Shown: piece after piece, positions 1 to 6,587 of the stretch
How positions within the stretch are numbered: the stretch's first letter is position 1
Layout: the number at the start of each line of letters is the position of its first letter
From: a virus
Lineage: Duplodnaviria > Heunggongvirae > Uroviricota > Caudoviricetes
IMG/VR virus record: IMGVR_UViG_3300033069_001366
Span: 111,108-122,180 of that record
DNA length: 11,073 bases
Direction: 5' to 3' (one strand)
The notes under the pieces: generated by a model
Told to the model about the DNA's origin: nothing
Database searches by the model: none
What the model saw: the letters and a program-made list of their open reading frames with translations, nothing else
Program-made: the position numbers and the translations under genes

Positions 1-205
1 ATGTAAGTTTTATAATATTACCATTAAGAACTGAGCCATGTTTTGCAGCTTCTTGTTCTATAGTTTTACAAGGGTATGGATCTACAGCAATCTTAAATTT
101 ACAAGATACCTCATCAAAAGAATAACCTTTATAGTAACCTATCTCAAGATAAGACTTATACTTATTTTGTTTAATTAGATTATTTATTATATCCCATCTT
201 TGCAT
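1..205 (-). CDS. Class I SAM-dependent methyltransferase (Methyltransf_24-like), N-terminal part, runs off the window
   Basis: Not in the ORF track. Manual translation from ATG at 205 gives MQRWDIINNLIKQNKYKSYLEIGYYKGYSFDEVSCKFKIAVDPYP..., open to the window edge. YLEIG motif I and a VDP motif are present; the start overlaps the end of the upstream gene. Confidence 0.8.
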   Translation of the reverse strand, partial: MQRWDIINNLIKQNKYKSYLEIGYYKGYSFDEVSCKFKIAVDPYPCKTIEQEAAKHGSVLNGNIIKLT

Positions 206-375
206 TTATCCACTATTTTAAAGTCTTTAAAGTATTTTTCCAGAACATCAGCAACATTATGTTTTTGAGTATAAGTCTCGGAAGTTGCTATGACTTCCCC
301 ATTATCACCAACTAAATTAAATCTAAATTCACCTTTTCTCTTACCATGAGAAACTTTTTTAATTACTGCTACCAT
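187..375 (-). CDS. YegP/DUF1508-like small protein (single domain)
   Basis: GEFRFNLVGDNGEVIATSETY resembles the DUF1508 signature (FRFxLxAxNGExIAxSExY). Confidence 0.75.
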   Translation of the reverse strand: MVAVIKKVSHGKRKGEFRFNLVGDNGEVIATSETYTQKHNVADVLEKYFKDFKIVDKCKDGI

Positions 376-667
376 TGTAAAAAATTATTAAAATTGAAAT
401 AATAAGGTTTGATATAAGTGATATTAAAAATAAACCCCATGTTTGATTAATATCAACTTTTCCATCTGTTCCATCTAATCCTTTGATTTCATATTTAAAA
501 TCAGAGAATTTTGTAATTAATCCTGCACCAATTACTGAAAAAAGAATACACAATAATATTATCCAAGACCCAGTCTGTTTCTCTAAAAAGAATAATAGAG
601 GTGCTCCGAATCCAATAAATAACCCTAAAATCTTTTTTATACTTTGTTTATTTATAAATTTAGCCAT
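359..667 (-). CDS. Hypothetical membrane protein, about 3 TM segments (holin candidate)
   Basis: 102 aa with three hydrophobic stretches and a basic N-terminus; overlaps both neighbours. Confidence 0.65.
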   Translation of the reverse strand: MAKFINKQSIKKILGLFIGFGAPLLFFLEKQTGSWIILLCILFSVIGAGLITKFSDFKYEIKGLDGTDGKVDINQTWGLFLISLISNLIISILIIFYNGSSN

Positions 668-846
668 ATTTCTATAAGTATTGCTGGTATAACTGTTATA
701 ATAAAATCTTTATAATCAGGTTTACCATGTTTTAAATAATCAAATCCTTCTTTTAATCCAGCTATTAAAAATACTAGATATAAACTATTGAAAAGCAAAT
801 ATATAACAATTCCTACAAAAAAGTGTAAAATTTTATCTAGTTTCAT
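652..846 (-). CDS. Small membrane protein with DKxLHF motif (VanZ-like phage family)
   Basis: MKLDKILHFF...LKEGFDY...GKPDYKDFIIT pattern. The start at 846 is preferred over 867 because it lies 1 nt after the upstream stop (848-850). Confidence 0.6.
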   Translation of the reverse strand: MKLDKILHFFVGIVIYLLFNSLYLVFLIAGLKEGFDYLKHGKPDYKDFIITVIPAILIEIWLNL

Positions 847-847
847 T

Positions 848-1558
848 TTATAATGATTTTCCTGCAACTAACCCTAGTGCAACTAGTACTGCATACAAAG
901 GTAGTTTATTTTGTTTAGGTGGTTTATAAATTACAGAATTCAAACCTGTTGTTTTTACATAAGGGTTTGTATGAAACATCTGAATCTCATATATAGGTTT
1001 CTTAAATAGTCCTTTTTTGACTTTTGCAACTCTAATATATTGAGAATCAGGGAATTGAATATTATTTATTCGAAAAGAATCTTTTTCTACTGTTCCTTGG
1101 AATACAAAGTATGCAGAAGAATCCTTTACAGTTTTGGGAACTTGAATAGCACTATCCCTATAGAACTTAATGACTTCTGCACATCTTTGCTCAACAGAGT
1201 CTGTAAACCTTTTCATGGCTTTTTTATCAAGATAAGGGACAGCCACATCTCTAATCCCTGTATTCGAAGTAGTTGAATAAAAAGCAATTAACTCTTTTAT
1301 TCTTCTATTATGTTTATCTTTTAGTCTAAAAATAGAATCTGAAAGATTTGCAATGTCATCTTTATTATTTGTTATAATTGCTTCCTGAGTAAGAATTGTC
1401 TCTCCATATTTATTTTTTATAGAGTCTATTTTCTGATTTTCAAGTTGTTGTTTTGACATTGATAATTGATAATAGTCAGAACTACACTTATTTAAACCCA
1501 GTAAAAATATAATTGCTAAAATCATTAATACTCTATCTATTGTTAAATACTTTTTCAT
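848..1558 (-). CDS. Envelope protein with N-terminal TM/Cys and C-terminal TM (DUF6549-like, possible spanin)
   Basis: MKK plus a hydrophobic stretch ending GLNKC, then a coiled-coil-like segment, a beta-rich part with HTNPY, and a hydrophobic C-terminus LPLYAVLVALGLVAGKSL. Confidence 0.6.
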   Translation of the reverse strand: MKKYLTIDRVLMILAIIFLLGLNKCSSDYYQLSMSKQQLENQKIDSIKNKYGETILTQEAIITNNKDDIANLSDSIFRLKDKHNRRIKELIAFYSTTSNTGIRDVAVPYLDKKAMKRFTDSVEQRCAEVIKFYRDSAIQVPKTVKDSSAYFVFQGTVEKDSFRINNIQFPDSQYIRVAKVKKGLFKKPIYEIQMFHTNPYVKTTGLNSVIYKPPKQNKLPLYAVLVALGLVAGKSL

Positions 1559-2090
1559 TTAATATCTTTTTACATTTTTTACAAAAGAAATACTCCCTAT
1601 CATACATTTTTAATTGATTAAAGTATCCTCCACCTTCCATAAAACAACCTTTCGTTTTACAGTGGTTATAAATACCATAACTATGACCTAACTCATGCAT
1701 AGCTAATTTTGATAATCTTCTTACATTTCCAACATTATATATTGTTATAATAGATCTATTTTCTACTGTCAATCCATCCAACATTTCATCAGTACAATGG
1801 TGAGATAAACTCCTATAAGTTATACCTAATGTTCTTATATTAGTATCCAGATAATCAAGATACATATTAGCATCATAACCAAAAATATTCCCACACCAAG
1901 GCTCTTTTACAAATCTTATACTTACAGTAGAAACTGTATCTGGAAGATGTCTTCTGCACATTCTCTGCAAATCATACATTATTGCATATCTATGAAGAGG
2001 AGGTACATCAGAAAAGAAAACACATTTAATCTGACTATAACCTATTAAAAATGAACTACTTAGTAATAAGCTTAGAAATAGCTTTTTCAT
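1533..2090 (-). CDS. Secreted zinc metalloprotease, archaemetzincin-like (peptidase M54)
   Basis: HELGHSYGIYNHC-KTKG-CFM...FCKKC matches the metzincin HExxHxxGxxH motif plus the archaemetzincin Cys cluster, with one extra residue before the third His. Signal peptide MKKLFLSLLLSSSFLIGYSQ. Alternative start at 2096. Confidence 0.8.
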   Translation of the reverse strand: MKKLFLSLLLSSSFLIGYSQIKCVFFSDVPPLHRYAIMYDLQRMCRRHLPDTVSTVSIRFVKEPWCGNIFGYDANMYLDYLDTNIRTLGITYRSLSHHCTDEMLDGLTVENRSIITIYNVGNVRRLSKLAMHELGHSYGIYNHCKTKGCFMEGGGYFNQLKMYDREYFFCKKCKKILNEKVFNNR

Positions 2091-2259
2091 CACCATCTGT
2101 TTTATTTATTAAATCTTCAAGAGTTTTAATGGATGAACTCTTTAATACTAAAGGAGAATTATAATTACTAAAAAGTAAATTATAATTGTCCCTCTTTACT
2201 GCACACCATTTATTAGTGTAGCAGTTTTTATGAAAAATCCAGTCATGTATATTATTCAT
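2056..2259 (-). CDS. Hypothetical phage protein
   Basis: 67 aa ORF in the operon, overlapping both neighbours. Confidence 0.7.
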   Translation of the reverse strand: MNNIHDWIFHKNCYTNKWCAVKRDNYNLLFSNYNSPLVLKSSSIKTLEDLINKTDGDEKAISKLITK

Positions 2260-2677
2260 TATTAATATTTAAAAGTTTACAAATATATCTAAATTCATTT
2301 ATTGATTTACATTGTCCAGAAAACAAATGCGTTAAGGGAATTCCCTCTCTAAATACTTCTAACCATCTCGCTTCATAAAATAAAGCCCTTGTTCCTAGTA
2401 TTATATTATTCTTTTTAGCATAAAATCTAAGACCATATTGAAATTCCCCAAATTCCCATCCTTCAGCTTCTATTTGTTCTTTGGTTAGATATGGAGTTCT
2501 AAATATTTTTGAGTAATCTGTTATAGGATCGTGATACATTAAAAGATCTCTAAATCCTTCAGAATTTATAGTAATTTTTTTCCATTCAGGATTGCTTATA
2601 ATATTACTCTGCATCGCCTCACATTCATATCCAACTCTTATATCTTCTATATTTGGTGTATAATATTGTTGACTCAT
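2252..2677 (-). CDS. Hypothetical phage protein
   Basis: 141 aa ORF with YYTPxIE..VGYE and LTKEQIEAEGW patterns reminiscent of Bacteroidota phage ORFans. Confidence 0.8.
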   Translation of the reverse strand: MSQQYYTPNIEDIRVGYECEAMQSNIISNPEWKKITINSEGFRDLLMYHDPITDYSKIFRTPYLTKEQIEAEGWEFGEFQYGLRFYAKKNNIILGTRALFYEARWLEVFREGIPLTHLFSGQCKSINEFRYICKLLNINNE

Positions 2678-2898
2678 TTACTTGATAATGCTGATGTTAA
2701 TGAATAAGTATTTGTAATATAAGGAACTTCTGTTGAAGTAGGCATACCTGCATATCCACCTGTTGTATTTCCAACTCCAATTATATTAGTAAGTCCCTTA
2801 TCATAAGTCCAGTCACTAGGACTCCTTTTTCGGAACATATCATTCCCAAATCCTCTACTATTATTTGTAGAGGTTCCTACTGATTTGGGAGGATTTAA
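2674..2898 (-). CDS. -1 frame extension (74 aa, S/T/G/N-rich) of the 2895..3104 protein; alternatively a 54 aa ORF from ATG 2838
   Basis: The frame is open from 2922 to TGA at 2676-2674, which overlaps the next ATG (ATGA). It fills the only gap in the operon. Confidence 0.65.
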   Translation of the reverse strand, partial: LNPPKSVGTSTNNSRGFGNDMFRKRSPSDWTYDKGLTNIIGVGNTTGGYAGMPTSTEVPYITNTYSLTSALSSK

Positions 2899-2904
2899 AA
2901 ATTT
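2832..2904 (-). other. Programmed -1 ribosomal frameshift signal
   Basis: Slippery heptamer A AAT TTT (2904-2898) directly before TAA, a 7-nt spacer, then a 15-bp stem (2890-2882/2852-2844 and 2872-2867/2858-2853) with a 9-nt bulge that can pair with GTTCC (2836-2832). Confidence 0.7.
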
Positions 2905-3104
2905 CTGATTAAGATTTGTACGTTATCAGGATCTGATGCATACTTTTCATCAATCTCCCTTGTTGCTCTAAACACTACTTCTTTTTCAGTAGCTGCAAGA
3001 ACAAACTTAGGTTCTTGTACTAATACTGAATCTTTGTAAACTTTACCTTTTTCTCCTTCTTCAAACTGATGGTAAATAACAGTGTACTGAAATAAACTTT
3101 TCAT
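2895..3104 (-). CDS. Hypothetical small phage protein (0-frame product)
   Basis: 69 aa ORF ending ILIRNF-stop on the slippery site. Confidence 0.85.
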   Translation of the reverse strand: MKSLFQYTVIYHQFEEGEKGKVYKDSVLVQEPKFVLAATEKEVVFRATREIDEKYASDPDNVQILIRNF

Positions 3105-3115
3105 GGTTTTTATTT

Positions 3116-3778
3116 TTATTTGTTATAAACAAAGTCTAGAATCTTTCCTACAAGATCTGACCTATGATTCTCTTTAAGATTTATTCTTTTTATATCTTTA
3201 ATATTTTTAGAAAGCTCTATTGCAAATTGCAGACCATTTTGAGATTCATGTTTTAAATTTATATCCTGTTGGTCATTATCACCATTTATTATCATCTTTC
3301 CTGTCTTTCCAAGTCTCGTCAGAATAGAAAGCATTTGGAACCTTGTTAAGTTTTGAGCTTCTTCAACTATTAGAACATCATCAATTGTTTTACCTCTTAT
3401 GAAATTAATAGGACCAGCGATGATTCTTTCTGCAGTAATCAAGTCTTGAACTTTTACCTTATCTATACACTTCTCCAGATTTTCTCTGAAGGCTTCCATA
3501 TAAGGCGCAAATTTCTCATTCTTAGAACCAGGAAGAAATCCCATAGAATCATCCTCCAGTTCAATCATTGCTCTGGTTACCAGCACTTTATCACACATCT
3601 TCTTATTAAGAAAATCCAGTGCAGTCTGAGCACCAACAAGAGACTTTCCAGAACCTGCCCTACCTGTAATTATAACTATTTGATTTTCAACAATTAATCT
3701 TTTAGCTTCTTTCTGTTCATCATTTAAAGTAACATTGTACTTTATTTCATTCTTTCTTTCCCTATTTGGATCTTTCAT
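3116..3778 (-). CDS. phoH: PhoH family ATPase
   Basis: LNDEQK, Walker A GRAGSGKS, FIRGKT, IVEEAQN, LTRLGKTGKMIINGD, NHRSDLV motifs. Confidence 0.95.
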   Translation of the reverse strand: MKDPNRERKNEIKYNVTLNDEQKEAKRLIVENQIVIITGRAGSGKSLVGAQTALDFLNKKMCDKVLVTRAMIELEDDSMGFLPGSKNEKFAPYMEAFRENLEKCIDKVKVQDLITAERIIAGPINFIRGKTIDDVLIVEEAQNLTRFQMLSILTRLGKTGKMIINGDNDQQDINLKHESQNGLQFAIELSKNIKDIKRINLKENHRSDLVGKILDFVYNK

Positions 3779-4194
3779 AATAAGTCTTTTAATCTTTGTA
3801 ATACATCTTGAGAAGTATGTCCATCAAAAGGATATTTAGCTTTCTCTGTTTCAGGAATTTTAAAAAGGTCCCAATCTTCTGCTTTATAGTGGTTTGTAAT
3901 CTGTCCTGTAGGTAACATAGCTACAACGACAAACCACCCACCTCCAAAACACAATTCTCCATCATTATGTTTCCAAGATTTGTGAACATCATATTTACTT
4001 GTACTAGAATATTCCCCGTCCCTACCTATCTCTGTAGATCCTTGAGTAGACCATTCATTAAATAATGCAGCATTGTATAACTTTCTAAATTCGTAGAGTT
4101 CTTTAAAGGAGTGATAACCATCAGAGGTTAGTTCTTTTTCCTGAGGAGTTAAGAGAGAAACTGCTAATTGAGTCCCTTGTAAATTAGTTACCAT
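3775..4194 (-). CDS. Conserved phage protein, WDGH-type domain
   Basis: SDGYHSFKELY...KSWKH.DGE...GWF...LPTGQITNHY...WDLF...FDGHT pattern. The stop overlaps the phoH ATG. Confidence 0.75.
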   Translation of the reverse strand: MVTNLQGTQLAVSLLTPQEKELTSDGYHSFKELYEFRKLYNAALFNEWSTQGSTEIGRDGEYSSTSKYDVHKSWKHNDGELCFGGGWFVVVAMLPTGQITNHYKAEDWDLFKIPETEKAKYPFDGHTSQDVLQRLKDLL

Positions 4195-4214
4195 ACTATC
4201 TTGGTTTTGTGATA

Positions 4215-4222
4215 CAAAGGTA
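4215..4222 (-). promoter_or_regulatory. Bacteroidota-type -7 promoter box (TAnnTTTG) for the leftward operon
   Basis: Minus strand reads TACCTTTG, 20 nt upstream of the ATG at 4194, in the intergenic region. No clear -33 TTTG. The octamer also occurs by chance inside CDSs. Confidence 0.6.
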
Positions 4223-4354
4223 AATTAACTTTTTAAATTAAAAAAATTTTTATTTTTTTTTTGTTTTTATGCGTGATTTTGGGGAGGATATATAGATTTG
4301 GTGGCTTGGTCAAGTTAGAAGTCGCCTAGTACCCCCCATATCTAAACCTATGAA

Positions 4355-4367
4355 AATCAACAACTTG
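4355..4367 (+). promoter_or_regulatory. IHF-consensus site
   Basis: AATCAACAACTTG matches WATCAANNNNTTR exactly, in the divergent intergenic region. Confidence 0.35.
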
Positions 4368-4462
4368 GGTAGAAATCCAATCAACTATGAATAATTTGGA
4401 GAACAACACTGCCAATATTAAAGTGTGTTGACAAAACAAAAACAAAAACAAAATAAAACACT

Positions 4463-4672
4463 ATGATAAAAGCCGAAAGGCAGGAAACAAGAATTGACGA
4501 GGATGGTTTCGTTACCAACCTACCAAAAACATGTATATGCAGGGCGATTATAACATGTACATGGTATCAGGCAATAAAGCTTGATGGTAGGTGGATTGAG
4601 ACAAACAATAAAATCTCCTTAGCTAAGGCTAGGAGATTGCATTCCAGATTATTAAAGATTTGGAACCCTTAG
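4463..4672 (+). CDS. Hypothetical protein
   Basis: 69 aa ORF after an A-rich leader; first gene of the plus block. Confidence 0.6.
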   Translation: MIKAERQETRIDEDGFVTNLPKTCICRAIITCTWYQAIKLDGRWIETNNKISLAKARRLHSRLLKIWNP

Positions 4673-4678
4673 TCTTAA

Positions 4679-4703
4679 GACCTGAGTATGTCATTAAACT
4701 GCT
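4679..4703 (+). ncRNA. Possible compact H-type pseudoknot
   Basis: GAC(4679-81)/GTC(4690-92) stem; loop AGTA(4685-88) can pair with TGCT(4700-03) across an A-rich linker. Helices are short. Confidence 0.35.
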
Positions 4704-4759
4704 TCCTGTCCAGCACTGTGTGGTGCTGCTGATGATGACTCAAAAGAGTCGAAACAGGG
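4704..4759 (+). ncRNA. Type III hammerhead ribozyme
   Basis: GUC cleavage triplet (4708-10), stem I CAGCAC/GTGCTG, core CTGATGA (4729-35) plus an extra T, stem II GACTC-AAAA-GAGTC, GAAA (4751-54), stem III TCCTGT/ACAGGG. Confidence 0.92.
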
Positions 4760-4848
4760 TTCATTCCACTATAATAAGGATATTAATTTATAAACAAACT
4801 CAGTTTAGAGGTAGGAAACCTGAGTCTAATTAAAACCTCACAAGTATT

Positions 4849-5163
4849 ATGAGTATAAATTATTTTAATGTGTCAAACTTGAACTTAATTAAGTTTATAG
4901 AAGAACACAAAGACGCAACTATCAGGAGCTGTAGCTCACACTCAAACCCTGCGTATTACGCAGAGTATGAGAATAAAATTGTATTTCATTGGGGTAATGA
5001 CCCAAGATACACAATCTTGGGTTTGACCCAAGAAAATATAATTAAATTTCGGATGTTGTCATCCGAACTGCCAAGTAATTATTGGCAATTAACTGATATT
5101 CTTAAGGATATCAGAGAAGGAGTCTTCGTCTCAATAGAGGAGTCTATTGAAGAAGCATTGTAA
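4849..5163 (+). CDS. Hypothetical protein
   Basis: 104 aa ORF in the operon. Confidence 0.8.
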   Translation: MSINYFNVSNLNLIKFIEEHKDATIRSCSSHSNPAYYAEYENKIVFHWGNDPRYTILGLTQENIIKFRMLSSELPSNYWQLTDILKDIREGVFVSIEESIEEAL

Positions 5164-5165
5164 CA

Positions 5166-5213
5166 AATAAAGTCCAACTAGGTTGGCTGCATGTTCAAGT
5201 CATGCCTTTATTT
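5166..5213 (+). ncRNA. tRNA-like acceptor/T-arm element 1
   Basis: AATAAAG/CTTTATT stem, inner hairpin CCAAC-TAG-GTTGG, T-arm GCATG-TTCAAGT-CATGC, followed by T-CTA. Confidence 0.7.
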
Positions 5214-5251
5214 CTAAAGTAGAGACACTACTATAAAAACTGTATAAAGTT

Positions 5252-5473
5252 ATGGAAAGCATGACAAACTGGTCAGAAGACCAAATCAACCAAAGGTTGA
5301 AAGAGATTGACCAAGCTGAAATGGAAGCAGGTCGTCCTAAACCTCAATTCTTATGTAGAGATGACGATGATGGTGATGACTATCAGGAGAATCTTGAATT
5401 GGGATGGTATTTAGACGAATTACGTGATGAGCGTAAATTCCTTATTGATTTAAGGAATAAACTTCATCAATAG
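5252..5473 (+). CDS. Hypothetical acidic protein
   Basis: 73 aa ORF with a D/E-rich centre. Confidence 0.75.
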   Translation: MESMTNWSEDQINQRLKEIDQAEMEAGRPKPQFLCRDDDDGDDYQENLELGWYLDELRDERKFLIDLRNKLHQ

Positions 5474-5517
5474 CCAAGGTAGGAGTGTAGGTTGGGGTTC
5501 GATTCCCCAGCTTGGCT
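5473..5517 (+). ncRNA. tRNA-like acceptor/T-arm element 2
   Basis: GCCAAG/CTTGGC stem (extendable by A5472-T5517), 13-14 nt linker with two GG, T-arm TGGGG-TTCGATT-CCCCA, followed by T-CTA. Confidence 0.7.
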
Positions 5518-5556
5518 CTAAACTTCTGGGAGGAGTTATAAAACCCTATATATAAA

Positions 5557-5724
5557 ATGAAAACAGAAAAGATGATCAAGGTGACAATGTCTTGGCAGGA
5601 GTATTATAACTGCTGGAGACCATTTGTAGATCAAAAGTTGAGAGACTGGGATCTTCAAGCAACTAGTAAAGAAGTAGTAATCTTGTGCAGTGAGAAGCTG
5701 TATAAGGAATTTGAAAACCAATAA
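5557..5724 (+). CDS. Hypothetical protein (55 aa, not in ORF track)
   Basis: MKTEKMIKVTMSWQEYYNCWRPFVDQKLRDWDLQATSKEVVILCSEKLYKEFENQ; AAAATG start context; fills an operon gap. Confidence 0.7.
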   Translation: MKTEKMIKVTMSWQEYYNCWRPFVDQKLRDWDLQATSKEVVILCSEKLYKEFENQ

Positions 5725-5733
5725 ATTGTAAAA

Positions 5734-5967
5734 ATGAAGTACAAAGCCATGATGGAACTCATCGCCATCGAAAAAACAGATGATAAGGCAATCTATGAGG
5801 TTATAGGACCTAATGATCCTATAGACTTATTTGGATTCAAAGATCCAATGAGTGTATCGTACATCTACTGCAAATGCATGGATGACGGCTTTAGGACTAT
5901 TGGGTCTTACAAAAGACATAAGGATGCTAATATTACTAGTGTTCTGATTATCAACCATTTAAACTAA
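5734..5967 (+). CDS. Hypothetical protein
   Basis: 77 aa ORF with AAAATG start. Confidence 0.75.
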   Translation: MKYKAMMELIAIEKTDDKAIYEVIGPNDPIDLFGFKDPMSVSYIYCKCMDDGFRTIGSYKRHKDANITSVLIINHLN

Positions 5968-5972
5968 AAAAC

Positions 5973-6194
5973 ATGAAAACAAAAGACTGGTTATTATTCT
6001 CCTATTTTGCATTTAATCTGGTATTATTTGCAGGAGTAGGTTTTGGGAATTTATTTCTCAAGAATGGGGAGAATCCATTTTTTCCTGGAATTAATACAGA
6101 TGCAATGGCAACATTGTTTATGTTCCTAATTGCAGGAATATGTGGACTGGCAATGTATATTACAATCACTTTAAACAAAACCACAAAACCATGA
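5973..6194 (+). CDS. Hypothetical two-TM membrane protein
   Basis: 73 aa with two hydrophobic segments. Confidence 0.75.
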   Translation: MKTKDWLLFSYFAFNLVLFAGVGFGNLFLKNGENPFFPGINTDAMATLFMFLIAGICGLAMYITITLNKTTKP

Positions 6195-6508
6195 AAAGAG
6201 TAAGAACAAACTGCATCGAAGCGATAGTAGATGCAAGGGGAAAGGTAGTTAACTATCGCATGACATTTCCTGTCCCAAGGGATTATGCTAATGAAATTCA
6301 TGAACGCTTCTCATGTGTTCAATCAAGGCTCAACTTTATAAGAGGTAGAGCTTATATTGAACTGTCTGACAAGGACTTCGAAGCATTATGGGCATACAAA
6401 TGCAGAATCCAGATGATTGTTGCTGATACTAAAATCAGAATACTTAGTATAAAAAGGGACAATGCCATGATGGAATACACACATTATCTCAAAACAATAC
6501 ACCAATAA
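6191..6508 (+). CDS. Hypothetical protein
   Basis: The start at 6191 (MKRVRTN) is preferred because of ATGA overlap with the upstream stop; 105 aa. Confidence 0.75.
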   Translation: MKRVRTNCIEAIVDARGKVVNYRMTFPVPRDYANEIHERFSCVQSRLNFIRGRAYIELSDKDFEALWAYKCRIQMIVADTKIRILSIKRDNAMMEYTHYLKTIHQ

Positions 6509-6553
6509 ACCAGCCTAAGGAGCTTAGTGAGGGTTCGAATCCCTCGCTGGTTC
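6508..6553 (+). ncRNA. tRNA-like acceptor/T-arm element 3
   Basis: AACCAGC/GCTGGTT stem, inner hairpin CTAAG-GAG-CTTAG, T-arm GAGGG-TTCGAAT-CCCTC. Confidence 0.72.
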
Positions 6554-6564
6554 AATAAGTTTCC

Positions 6565-6587
6565 ACTAAACAACAGCCTAGGAACTG
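6565..6587 (+). repeat. 23-nt intergenic repeat, copy 1
   Basis: ACTAAACAACAGCCTAGGAACTG, 22/23 identical to 7896-7918, ending 17 nt before ATG 6605. Confidence 0.85.

Noticed and set aside
483-3697. Plus-strand ORFs 483..677, 1040..1276 and 3446..3697
   Set aside because: Antisense shadows of well-supported minus-strand genes; no motifs.
4293-4300. TAGATTTG as a rightward Bacteroidota -7 box
   Set aside because: No -33 TTTG at the proper spacing, and the octamer pattern recurs by chance (for example 796-803, 896-903, 2280-2287 on the minus strand). Possible but unsupported.
4428-4460. TTGACA sigma70 -35 box
   Set aside because: No -10 hexamer at 16-18 nt; only CAAAA repeats, better explained as an A-rich translation leader.
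4798-4825. Hairpin ACTCA...GGT-AGGAA-ACC-TGAGT as another copy of the AGGAA-loop repeat
   Set aside because: Only TAGGAA is shared and the spacing to the ATG differs; the hairpin is real, but kinship is unsupported.
5166-6553. T-arm elements as ordinary tRNA genes or split-tRNA halves
   Set aside because: No anticodon arm, and each element closes its own acceptor-like stem, so no partner half is needed.
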